Origin: Vulcanimicrobiales bacterium | GTDB lineage: Bacteria > Vulcanimicrobiota > Vulcanimicrobiia > Vulcanimicrobiales > Vulcanimicrobiaceae | Assembly (NCBI GenBank): GCA_038215615.1 | Contig: JBBQQR010000021.1 | Span: 1 to 41,833 of the forward strand | Direction of reading: 5' to 3' | DNA length: 41,833 nucleotides | In this document: piece after piece, positions 7,451 to 16,353 of the stretch | How positions within the stretch are numbered: the stretch's first letter is position 1 | Layout of the letters: every line of letters begins with the position of its first letter | Translations under genes and position numbers: made by a program | Notes under the pieces: model-generated | What the model was told of the DNA's origin: nothing | The model's database searches: none | The model's input: only the letters and a program-made list of their open reading frames with translations

Positions 7451-9181
7451 GTGCCCTCGAATACGGAGATTGCCGAGACCCTGTTGCGCATCCGGAAGCT
7501 CATGGAGCTCGCCGGCGAGACCTTTTACAAGTTCACGGCCTATGAACGGGCCGCCGCGACGCTCGAAAACGCGCCGCCCGTCGCCGACCTGCTGGCCGCG
7601 GGCGAACTCACCACGCTGCCGGGCATCGGCAAGTCGCTGGCCGCGACGATCGAGGAGATCGTGCGCACGGGCACCTGCGCCCAACTCGAGTTGCTCCAGC
7701 AACGGTACCCGCCCACGATTTTCGAAGTGCTCGGCGTTTCGGGCATCGGCATCAAAACCGCCGCGATGCTTTTCGAAACCTACGGCATCGGATCGCTTGA
7801 AGATTTGGAACGCGCGATCGACTCAGGCGTGCTGGCGGAAGCGCCGCGCATGGGCCCCAAAACGATCGAGAATATCCGGCGCGGGATTCTGGCCTACCGC
7901 GGCCGGCTGCGGCGCACGCCGCTTCCGCGCGCGCTGGGTATCGCGCACGAGGCCGTGACGTATCTCGAATCCGGACCAGCCGTCCACCGAATAAGTTTTG
8001 CGGGCAGTTTGCGGCGGGCGGAAGTGACGGTCGGTGACATCGATATCGTTTGCACGTCGGACTCCGCCGCGGCGGTGATCGATCATTTCGTGCGCTGGGA
8101 TCGCGCGCGCGCGGTTCTTTCCGAAGGGCCGACCAAAGGCAGCATCTGGCTCGACGACGGTCTGCAGATCGATCTGCGCGTTTTACCGGATAACGTCTAT
8201 GGCAATCTGCTGCAGCACTTCACGGGCAGCCGCGAGCATAATATTCAAGTGCGCGAGCACGCCGCGCGCAAAAACCTGCGCGTGAGTGAAAATGGCATCT
8301 TGAATCTGGAGAGCGGCGACGTCTTTACGAGTCGCGACGAGCAAGGCGTTTACGCCGCGCTCGGCATGCAGTATATTCCGCCCGAATTGCGCAGCGGGAT
8401 CGGCGAGGTCGATCTCGCTTTGCGCAACGAGCTTCCGGAACTGCTCGAGGCGTCGGACGTCCGCGGAGATTTCCATATGCACACGACGTACAGCGACGGG
8501 CGGCAGACGCTCGAGGAGATGATCGCCGCTGTCGCCGGCCGCGGGTACGAGTATCACGCCATTACTGACCATTCGCCGTCGCGCGGCGTGATTGGTTGTA
8601 GTGCCGGTGAGTTGCGAAGTCAGCGGGAAGCGATCCATGCGCTCGGTGATAAGTACGGCGTGCGAACCTTGTGGGGCAGCGAGGTCGACATTCTGCCCGA
8701 CGGCTCGATGGATTTTTCCGATGACGTGCTGCAAGGCATGGATATCGTGATCGCGAGCGTGCACTCGTCGTTCCGGCAAACTCGCGAAGAGATGACAAAA
8801 CGCCTGCTTCGCGTCTGTGAAAATCCGTACGTAACGATCATCGGCCACCCCACCGGCCGGAAGGTCGACGGGTTCGAAGGATACGAGTACGATTACGACG
8901 CCGTGTTTGCCGCCGCTGCTCGCACAGGTACCGCGCTGGAGATTGACGGCCAGCCCAAACGCTTCGATCTGCCGGCGAACCTGGCGCGTCGTGCAAAAAG
9001 CATGGGCGTTACGCTGACGGTCGACAGCGACGCGCACGATGCGGGCCAGTTGAATAACATCGATATAGCCATCGTTCAGGCCCGGAGGGCGGGATTAACG
9101 CGCGAGGATGTCCTTAACGCGCGGCCGCTCGAAGGCGTGCTGGAGTTCGTGCGCGCGAAGCGCAAACGCCTTACGCGATGA
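7451..9181 (+). CDS. polX: DNA polymerase X with PHP 3'-5' exonuclease domain
   Basis: HhH motifs LPGIGKS and VSGIGIK; GSLRR...VGDIDIV; IDLR; HFTGSREHN; PHP motifs DFHMHTTYSDG, TDHS, HPTGR, DSDAH. Confidence 0.95.
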   Translation: MPSNTEIAETLLRIRKLMELAGETFYKFTAYERAAATLENAPPVADLLAAGELTTLPGIGKSLAATIEEIVRTGTCAQLELLQQRYPPTIFEVLGVSGIGIKTAAMLFETYGIGSLEDLERAIDSGVLAEAPRMGPKTIENIRRGILAYRGRLRRTPLPRALGIAHEAVTYLESGPAVHRISFAGSLRRAEVTVGDIDIVCTSDSAAAVIDHFVRWDRARAVLSEGPTKGSIWLDDGLQIDLRVLPDNVYGNLLQHFTGSREHNIQVREHAARKNLRVSENGILNLESGDVFTSRDEQGVYAALGMQYIPPELRSGIGEVDLALRNELPELLEASDVRGDFHMHTTYSDGRQTLEEMIAAVAGRGYEYHAITDHSPSRGVIGCSAGELRSQREAIHALGDKYGVRTLWGSEVDILPDGSMDFSDDVLQGMDIVIASVHSSFRQTREEMTKRLLRVCENPYVTIIGHPTGRKVDGFEGYEYDYDAVFAAAARTGTALEIDGQPKRFDLPANLARRAKSMGVTLTVDSDAHDAGQLNNIDIAIVQARRAGLTREDVLNARPLEGVLEFVRAKRKRLTR

Positions 9182-10022
9182 TTCGATCCGGTGCCGTATA
9201 GACATTGCAGCGCGTGCCGCGCACGAAACCGCAGAGCGTCATGTTGAACGCGCGCGCGGTTTCGACCGCAAGACTGCTGGGTGCGGAAATCGCGCAGAGG
9301 ATCGGGATGCCTGCGGTTACGCTCTTTTGCACCAGTTCGTAGCTCGCGCGTCCGCTCACCAGAAGTACCGATTCGGCTAAGGGCAGGCGATCGTTCAAAA
9401 GCGCCCATCCGACGATCTTGTCGAGTGCGTTATGACGGCCGACGTCTTCCCGCAACGCGACCAGGTTGCCGGCTTTATCGAAGAGCGCGCTCGCGTGTAG
9501 ACCTCCGGTCGAAGCGAAGATGCGCTGCGCGCTCCGCATCTTATCTGGAAGCTGTGCTATGAAAGTGTATGAGATGTGGAATTGATCCGCGATCTGCTTC
9601 GCGCGTACCTGGAGCGCTTCGATGCTCGACTTGCCGCAGACTCCGCACGAACTATTGACGGTGAAGTGGCGTTCGAGCCGCTCGAGCACCGGCATGCTGC
9701 CGGCTAACTCGACCGTAACGATATTGTAACGCTGCTCTTCGCCGACCCAAGAGTCGACGCAATACGAAATGCCGGAGATGTCATCGCGTTTTGAGACGAT
9801 ACCTTCGGAAAATAAGAAACCCGCCGCCAATTCGAAATCGTTTCCGGGCGTGCGCATGGTGACCGCCAGGCTCTGCGTCGCGCCTCGCGCCGCGAGCCGG
9901 ATCTCCAGAGGCTCCTCGGTTGCGAGGTCGTCGACCAGTTGGTGGCGGTGTTCGGCTTCAAGCGCAACCATCGCGGCCGGCGTGGTTAGTCCGGGACGTG
10001 TCCCGGACCGCAGGTCGTTCAC
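9171..10022 (-). CDS. fdhD: Formate dehydrogenase accessory sulfurtransferase FdhD
   Basis: EEPLEI, MRTPGNDFELAAGFLFSEG, SSCGVCGK, TGGLHA, EDVGRHNALDK, SAPSSLA. Confidence 0.95.
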   Translation of the reverse strand: MNDLRSGTRPGLTTPAAMVALEAEHRHQLVDDLATEEPLEIRLAARGATQSLAVTMRTPGNDFELAAGFLFSEGIVSKRDDISGISYCVDSWVGEEQRYNIVTVELAGSMPVLERLERHFTVNSSCGVCGKSSIEALQVRAKQIADQFHISYTFIAQLPDKMRSAQRIFASTGGLHASALFDKAGNLVALREDVGRHNALDKIVGWALLNDRLPLAESVLLVSGRASYELVQKSVTAGIPILCAISAPSSLAVETARAFNMTLCGFVRGTRCNVYTAPDRIIA

Positions 10023-12319
10023 CGCCGCCGGACCGCGTGTTTCAGAATGTCGTTCAGCACGCGCGGATCGACGGCATCCGGTTTGCTGAAGTCCAAGCGC
10101 GCGCTCCGGGCGGATCCATAAGCCGTCTTCGCGTTGATGGCGTTCATGTCGATGCCCGGTTTTATCGCGTTATACGGCGCGGCGTTCACGAGGGTGGGAG
10201 CAAAGAGATTGTAGAGCGGCTGCGTCGTTGTGTCGGCAACCGAGAGCGGCGCGAGGCCTAAGAGTAACTCGATCGTGCGCACGAAGCTTACGGTTGAATA
10301 GTGCGAGGGATCGATTCCGCCGCGTGCGTATGGGCTTGCGACATAAAACGTTGAGCGCTGGCCGCTCACGTGGTCGGGGCCATTTTGCGCATCGTCTTCC
10401 AGCACGAAAACCGCAGTCGATTTCCAGTACGAAGAATGAGAAACGGCATCGACGAGCTGCCCCACGGCCCAGTCGTTGGTCGCGACGAAGGCTTCGGGCG
10501 TCGGCATGTTGTTTTGCGTGCCGGCCGTGTGATCGTTGGGCAGATAGAGGATCTCGAGCTGCGGCAGATTGTGGCCGGCCACGAATTTCTCGAACTCGCG
10601 CTTCCATTCGTTGAGGCGATCCTGATCGCTGTATTTCAAGTTCCATCCGACCGAGGCCGGATCGAAATGACCTTGCAGCGCCGGATGATCGGTCGTGGAG
10701 AGCGGTGGACCCGGGCTGATGGTCATGTCCTCGCCGTAATCGCGGTAGGTAATGCCGGCGCGTTTGGCCGCATCCCACAAGAAGCCGGAATGCGGAACGT
10801 TTGCACCGGTGCCATTCTGCGAGTCGTAGCCGTCACGGCGGTTGCCGTAGTTGACGGGCCACATGCGTTCGAGGTAGTCGTTGGCGGTAGCGGCGTCGGC
10901 CCAGTTATGTCCGTCGGCACTGACTTGCGCATCGGCATAGGCATTGTCCATCACGCCGAAACGCCGGGCGATTGCGTGCTGGTTTGGCGTGATTGCGCCC
11001 CCGAACATAACCAGCGTCGGGTCGCCGTTCGCGCCGGGGATATCGCCCAGGACCTGATCGTACGAGCGGTTTTCCTTGATGACGTAAATCACGTGTGAGA
11101 TCGGCCCGTGCGCGCGCACGATCGTGCTCTTCGGCGCGCGCGGCGCCCACAAGGGCGTGAGATCGCTCAACGCTTGTGCGGTCATGGCGCTGACCTGCTC
11201 GTAAGCGGCGCGCGGAATTGCGCGCACCGAACCGACCGTTATCGCACCGACGTACCCTGGGCTGTTGCGCCTGCGCGGATCGAACTGCGGATTGGGCGGC
11301 GCGCTTTCGCCTTTGCCGTTGCTGATGTAGAGCGTCCCGTCATTTCCCATGGCCAACCCGGTCGGATACCAGCCGGCGGGAATGTAGCCGATCACGCGAT
11401 CGTTACGCAAGTGCGCCACGGCGTTTTCGCCGCCCAAGCTCACGAACAGCTCGTTTCCGCGGACGAGCAGCGCATTCGGGTTTGCGCCATACCCATGGAC
11501 GCGCATGCTTTTCAACCCGACGGGAATCGTAGCGATGCGGGTGTTGGTACGCGTGTCGATCACGGTGACGGTATCGTCGTCGCAGACCGCGACATACAGT
11601 TTTCCATTGTATAAGGCTAAGTCACAGGGATGCGTACCGACGGCAATGGACTTGATGACGGTGCCGGCCGCCGCATCGATTACGGCGACCGAGCTCTGAC
11701 CGCGCAGCGCGACGTAGACGTACTTGCCGTCGGCCGTTCCGAGCGCCGCCGCGGGATGAGACCCGGCTGCGATCGATTTTCCCGCAAATGTCGGGCCGCC
11801 GTTGATTTGGCCGATTGTTATCGTGCCGCCCTTGGCGCTGTTATGATCGTCGGCCGTGACGGCGAACGGAAGTGTTTGTCCGTTTAAACGAGTGAAAAAA
11901 AGCGCTAGGGAGACCGGCCACGCGCCTTTTGCCAGCGAAGCGGCCTCGACGGCGCCGCCGGCGACGTCAACAACTTGTATCGCGTCGGTCGCTGCGCCGG
12001 GAACGCAGACCTCTGCGCTGCCGCACCAAACCGGTTTGCCGAATGCGCCTCCAAGCGGAATGACTTTGATCGTCGCTAACGTTTTCGCGTCGAGCAACCG
12101 GAGCGCCGCCGGATTGACGCCCGACTCAACGACCGCCAGTATTTTGCCGTCGGGTGAGAGCGCGATACCCTGCGGCATCGTCCCGACCGTCGCAAGCGCC
12201 CCGGCCGGCCGAGTTAAGCGCCACCCGCTGGGCAGCCGGGAGCTCAGGTTTGGAGCGGCCACGGCGAGGGCGAAGGCCGCGACGGCGAGGGTTGCTGCGG
12301 GGACGATGCGTCGGAACAT
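10019..12319 (-). CDS. Secreted YncE/YVTN beta-propeller + phosphoesterase (alkaline phosphatase superfamily) protein
   Basis: Signal peptide; propeller repeats (VGTMPQGIALSPDG, VGTHPCDLAL, AGWYPTGLA); HVIYVIKENRSYDQVLGD, LPNDHT, EDDAQNGPDHV; TAAGGAG SD. Confidence 0.85.
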   Translation of the reverse strand: MFRRIVPAATLAVAAFALAVAAPNLSSRLPSGWRLTRPAGALATVGTMPQGIALSPDGKILAVVESGVNPAALRLLDAKTLATIKVIPLGGAFGKPVWCGSAEVCVPGAATDAIQVVDVAGGAVEAASLAKGAWPVSLALFFTRLNGQTLPFAVTADDHNSAKGGTITIGQINGGPTFAGKSIAAGSHPAAALGTADGKYVYVALRGQSSVAVIDAAAGTVIKSIAVGTHPCDLALYNGKLYVAVCDDDTVTVIDTRTNTRIATIPVGLKSMRVHGYGANPNALLVRGNELFVSLGGENAVAHLRNDRVIGYIPAGWYPTGLAMGNDGTLYISNGKGESAPPNPQFDPRRRNSPGYVGAITVGSVRAIPRAAYEQVSAMTAQALSDLTPLWAPRAPKSTIVRAHGPISHVIYVIKENRSYDQVLGDIPGANGDPTLVMFGGAITPNQHAIARRFGVMDNAYADAQVSADGHNWADAATANDYLERMWPVNYGNRRDGYDSQNGTGANVPHSGFLWDAAKRAGITYRDYGEDMTISPGPPLSTTDHPALQGHFDPASVGWNLKYSDQDRLNEWKREFEKFVAGHNLPQLEILYLPNDHTAGTQNNMPTPEAFVATNDWAVGQLVDAVSHSSYWKSTAVFVLEDDAQNGPDHVSGQRSTFYVASPYARGGIDPSHYSTVSFVRTIELLLGLAPLSVADTTTQPLYNLFAPTLVNAAPYNAIKPGIDMNAINAKTAYGSARSARLDFSKPDAVDPRVLNDILKHAVRRR

Positions 12320-12439
12320 GCGGGCGATTTCTCCTTATGGCGGATAGCCGCCCCTTCTGGGCTGCGGCGGTGTTGGCCCCGTGGCCGGAGGACGCGCCAG
12401 GGCTCGGCGGAACCCGCCCAGCCATAAGGAGTCGCTATT

Positions 12440-13387
12440 GTGAAACTAGGCGAGCTCACCGTTTACGCCGGCGGCGAATTTCAAAAGTACGAAGACGCCA
12501 AAGTCGGCCTTCTGACCCACGGATTACAGTATGGAACCGGATGCTTCGAAGGCATCCGCGGCTACTGGGTGCCCGAAGATAGCGAACTCTATTTGGTGCA
12601 GCTGCGCGAGCATTTCGAACGGTTGGCGATCAGCGCAAAGATTCTCTTGATGCGCGTTCCGCACTCGGTCGACGAGATGGTCGAAATTACCACCGAACTC
12701 TGCGCGCGCAATCGTTTTGAGACAGCGACTTATATACGGCCGTTCATGTATAAGTGCGCCGAAGACGTCGGTGTGCGGCTACATAATGTCCCCGATGCGT
12801 TCGCAATCGCGGCGATTCCGTTCACCCACTATCTCGACATTTCCGGCGGAGTGGCTGCGGGCACGAGTTCGTGGCGCCGGGCCGATGATTCGGCTGCGCC
12901 GCCGCGCGCGAAAATCACCGGGCTTTACGTGAACAGCGCGCTCGCCAAGAGCGAGGCGATTTCCAACGGATTCGATGAGGCCATCATGCTATCGCATGAT
13001 GGACACGTAGCCGAAGGCTCGGCCGAGAATATTTTCATCGTCAAGAACGGTATAGTGCTGACGCCGGATCCGTCGCAGAATGTGCTCGAAGGCTGCACGC
13101 GGCGCGCGGTCATCGAAATTGCGCGAAAAGAATTCGGCCTAGAAGTTGTCGAGCGCGCGATCGATCGCAGCGAACTCTACGGCGCAGAAGAGATCTTTTT
13201 CACCGGCACGGCAGTCGGCATCGTGTATGTCAGGTCGGTCGATCGCCGCGACGTTGCAGACGGAAAGATCGGACCGGTCACCCAAAAAATCGCGAGCTTT
13301 TACGAGCGCCTCGTCAATGGCCGCGAGCCGAAATACCGGAAGTGGCTGACGCCGGTCTACGCCGGGAGAGCGGTCGCTACGGCGTAG
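12440..13387 (+). CDS. ilvE: Branched-chain amino acid aminotransferase
   Basis: HGLQYGTGCFEGIRGY, YIRP, AKITGLYVNS, EGSAENIF, LEGCTR, FFTGTA; TAAGGAG SD. Confidence 0.93.
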   Translation: MKLGELTVYAGGEFQKYEDAKVGLLTHGLQYGTGCFEGIRGYWVPEDSELYLVQLREHFERLAISAKILLMRVPHSVDEMVEITTELCARNRFETATYIRPFMYKCAEDVGVRLHNVPDAFAIAAIPFTHYLDISGGVAAGTSSWRRADDSAAPPRAKITGLYVNSALAKSEAISNGFDEAIMLSHDGHVAEGSAENIFIVKNGIVLTPDPSQNVLEGCTRRAVIEIARKEFGLEVVERAIDRSELYGAEEIFFTGTAVGIVYVRSVDRRDVADGKIGPVTQKIASFYERLVNGREPKYRKWLTPVYAGRAVATA

Positions 13388-14360
13388 ACTCTGGATTTGG
13401 CGTAGCCGGGACGGGCGTCTGCGGTGCCCACATCGGCGCATCCTGGTCGGGGTCGGGCGCGGTAGCGGCCGCACCGAACGTGCTGAGCGCGCGCATGTGG
13501 TCGAGCTGCTGGAGATGCGTGTAGGCCATACTCGAAACGCGGCGGATGAATCGCCGGCCGGCCGAGAGCGTCGGCAGTTGCGTGGTCATCACGGCAATCA
13601 CGTAAGCGCCGTTTGATGCATAGACGATTCCGACGTCGTTGAGCGTGTCGTCGAGCGATCCGGTTTTATGCGCGATCAGAATCTGCGGCAACGGCTCCGG
13701 GATCAGCGTGTTGATCTCTTGCCGCTCTAAAATGTCGATCATGGATTGCGACGACCATTCGTCGACCAAGTGTTTTTGCGCCATGTCGCTCAACAGCCGG
13801 ACCATGTCGGCCGGACTCGTGCGCAGTGTGTTACGGATGCTCCATCCGGCGGTGTGAATGTAATCGGAGAGGTGTGTATGGCTCAGGCCGAGATTGTGCA
13901 TCTCGCCGTTGATGTTCGACCGCCCGACGAGGCGGATTAACATGTTCGCAGCTGTGTTGTCGCTCACGGCGATCATCTGCGTCAGGAGTTTCGATACGGG
14001 GAACGTCGACCCGACCGGCGCGTCGGCTATCACGCCCGATCCCCAGTCGCGGTCGCGGGGCATGAGCGTGACGCGATGATTCAAATCGAACTTGCCCGCC
14101 TGCATTTGCGCAAAGACCTCGACCATGACGGGGATCTTAATCGTCGAAGCCGCGGGCATCACTTCGTTGGCGTTGATCGAGGAGATCATGCCCGATCCTA
14201 AATCCTTAACTTCCATTGCAACGCGGCCGGGGGCTCGCTGAGCTGCGCGAGTCAGCGTGGCCTGCAAATCCCGCAACCCGGGCAGTGAAAGCGCGTTCGC
14301 AGGTGCGATCGACGAGCCGGTAATCGCAGCTGCGATAAGGAGAGCTAAAATATACCGCAT
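13377..14360 (-). CDS. Secreted class A beta-lactamase-like serine hydrolase
   Basis: Signal peptide; ASTIK (SxxK), SDN, HKTG; AGGAG SD at 14365-14369; no omega-loop Glu166 equivalent. Confidence 0.85.
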   Translation of the reverse strand: MRYILALLIAAAITGSSIAPANALSLPGLRDLQATLTRAAQRAPGRVAMEVKDLGSGMISSINANEVMPAASTIKIPVMVEVFAQMQAGKFDLNHRVTLMPRDRDWGSGVIADAPVGSTFPVSKLLTQMIAVSDNTAANMLIRLVGRSNINGEMHNLGLSHTHLSDYIHTAGWSIRNTLRTSPADMVRLLSDMAQKHLVDEWSSQSMIDILERQEINTLIPEPLPQILIAHKTGSLDDTLNDVGIVYASNGAYVIAVMTTQLPTLSAGRRFIRRVSSMAYTHLQQLDHMRALSTFGAAATAPDPDQDAPMWAPQTPVPATPNPESTP

Positions 14361-14413
14361 ACAACTCCTAGGCTTGTTGTCGGCTAACTTCGACCCTCAT
14401 ATGAGGTTCCCGC

Positions 14414-15310
14414 CTAGTAAGGTACTCCATCTGCTGTAGGTGCCCGCACGCGTCCGACCAGGCCCGCGATGGCAAAAAGTGCGGCAAGATACGGAAGCGC
14501 TTGCATCGCGTCGCTCGGCAACCATGAGATGCGGCCTTGCAGTACGTATTGCAGAGCTTCGAAGAACCCGAAAAAGACTGCAGCGCCGGTTGCTCCCCAC
14601 GGCGTCCATCTCCCAAAAATAACGGCGGCCAGCGCGATGAATCCGCGCCCGGCGGTCATGCCGTCAGAGTAAAGATTGACTTCGCAGATCGAAAGAAATG
14701 CGCCGCCCAATCCGGCTAGCGCGCCGCTTGCGATCACGCTATACAAACGAAGACGCAATGGATTGAGTCCGGCATCGGTCACCGCGCGCGGGTTCTCGCC
14801 GCAGGCTTGTATCCGCAACCCCCATGGCGTGCGATAAATGAACCAATTTAAACCGAACGCGCAGACCAAACCGAGCACGATCAGCGCCGTTTCGCCGGTT
14901 GTAATCTGCGGGAGCAGCTGGCCCGGTCCGAGTTGCTCCACTTGCGGGCTCGCGCCGGGTTGATTGAAGATGAGCACCAAGCCGTACGCGGCGCCGCCTA
15001 GCGCGACCAAGTTGATGCCGACGCCGGCGACGATTTGATCGACCTTAAAGAACGTTGCGGCGAAGCCGAGTACAAATCCGAGCACGGCGCCGAAAAATAC
15101 GCCGGCGATCAATCCGACGATCGGGCTGCCCGTAAGATTCGTAAAGACGACCGCGCTGAACGCGCCCGCAGTCATCATGCCTTCGAGCCCGATGTTCACG
15201 ACGCCGGCGCGCTCGGCGATCACGCCGCCGAGCGCCGCATAGACAATCGGCACCGACTTAATCAGCGTTAAGAACAGCAGCGTCAGCATCAGCGACACGC
15301 CCGTACTCAT
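14414..15310 (-). CDS. Nucleoside/sugar ABC transporter permease (NupC/YufQ-like)
   Basis: ERAGVVNIGLEG, RTPWGLRIQACGENP, MTAGRGFIALAAVIFGRW, ALPY. Confidence 0.9.
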   Translation of the reverse strand: MSTGVSLMLTLLFLTLIKSVPIVYAALGGVIAERAGVVNIGLEGMMTAGAFSAVVFTNLTGSPIVGLIAGVFFGAVLGFVLGFAATFFKVDQIVAGVGINLVALGGAAYGLVLIFNQPGASPQVEQLGPGQLLPQITTGETALIVLGLVCAFGLNWFIYRTPWGLRIQACGENPRAVTDAGLNPLRLRLYSVIASGALAGLGGAFLSICEVNLYSDGMTAGRGFIALAAVIFGRWTPWGATGAAVFFGFFEALQYVLQGRISWLPSDAMQALPYLAALFAIAGLVGRVRAPTADGVPY

Positions 15311-16353
15311 ACCGGCGCACCTGCGGCGCGGGTCGCGAAGTAGCGCCGCGCGGCCAATACCAGGACGATCAAGCCTTCAATAACATGGATGGCGTCTTTC
15401 GGAACGCCCGCGTTCGCCTGCATCGCAAGACCGCCCGCTTCCAAAATGCCGAAACCAAACGCCGCGACGCAAACCCAGAGCGGATTGAGGTCGCCAACCA
15501 GCGCAACCGCGATGGCCGTATATCCATAGCCGGGAGAGAGCGCGGTATTGAAGCGGTGCAGCACGCCGGTGACGATCGCCGCGCCGCCCAAACCGGCGAC
15601 GGCGCCCGAAAGTGCCAGCGCGATCAGCGTCATGCGCGGCATGTTGATGCCGCTGCGGCGCGCCGCTTCGGGCGCTTCGCCGGCCGCCCGCAGCTCGTAA
15701 CCAAAAACGGTGCGCGTGAAGACGAAGCTCAAGACCATCGCGGTTGCGATTGCGATCAAGATCGAAATCGTTAGCCGTGTGTCGCCGAAGCCCAGGCTGC
15801 CGATCGTCGGGAATGCGGGCAGCCATCCGTTGGGAAGCAGCGGTGCCGTTTCCGCGCCCGACGCAAGCGGACTTTTCAACGGACCCGCGACCAGATAACC
15901 CGCGAGCGAAAGCGCGATGAAGTTCAGCATCAGCGTGGAGATGATTTCGCTCGCGTTAAAACGCGCGCGCAGCCAGCCGGCGATGCCGCCCCAAATACCG
16001 CCTCCGACCATGCCGAGCAGCAAAAGCACCGGAATGACCAGCCATCCCGGGCCGGCAAAATGCGCGCCCACCGCGCCGGCAAAGAGCCCACCCATGAGCA
16101 GTTGGCCCTCGGCACCGATGTTAAAGAGCCCGGTGCGAAACGCAAGTGAGACGCCGAGCGCCGGGAAAAGCAGCGCGGTCGTTTGGACGAGCGTCTCCGC
16201 GATTGGGCGGCGCCCTCCGAGCGAGCCGGCAAAGAGTGCGCCGAATCCGTCGACCGGATTGACTCCGGCGATAAGCATCGCGATTGCAGCTAAAACGAAT
16301 GCGAGCACGAGCGCGCCTGCCGGGCCGGCCAGTACGCGCAGAACGACCTTCAC
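15307..16353 (-). CDS. Nucleoside/sugar ABC transporter permease (NupB/YufP-like)
   Basis: GLFNIGAEGQ, SEIISTLMLNFIA, RTVFGYELRAAG, GYGYTAIAVALVG. Confidence 0.9.
   Translation of the reverse strand: MKVVLRVLAGPAGALVLAFVLAAIAMLIAGVNPVDGFGALFAGSLGGRRPIAETLVQTTALLFPALGVSLAFRTGLFNIGAEGQLLMGGLFAGAVGAHFAGPGWLVIPVLLLLGMVGGGIWGGIAGWLRARFNASEIISTLMLNFIALSLAGYLVAGPLKSPLASGAETAPLLPNGWLPAFPTIGSLGFGDTRLTISILIAIATAMVLSFVFTRTVFGYELRAAGEAPEAARRSGINMPRMTLIALALSGAVAGLGGAAIVTGVLHRFNTALSPGYGYTAIAVALVGDLNPLWVCVAAFGFGILEAGGLAMQANAGVPKDAIHVIEGLIVLVLAARRYFATRAAGAPV

Noticed and set aside
13377..14360. Antibiotic resistance beta-lactamase call
   Set aside because: No Glu166 equivalent and no mobile context.
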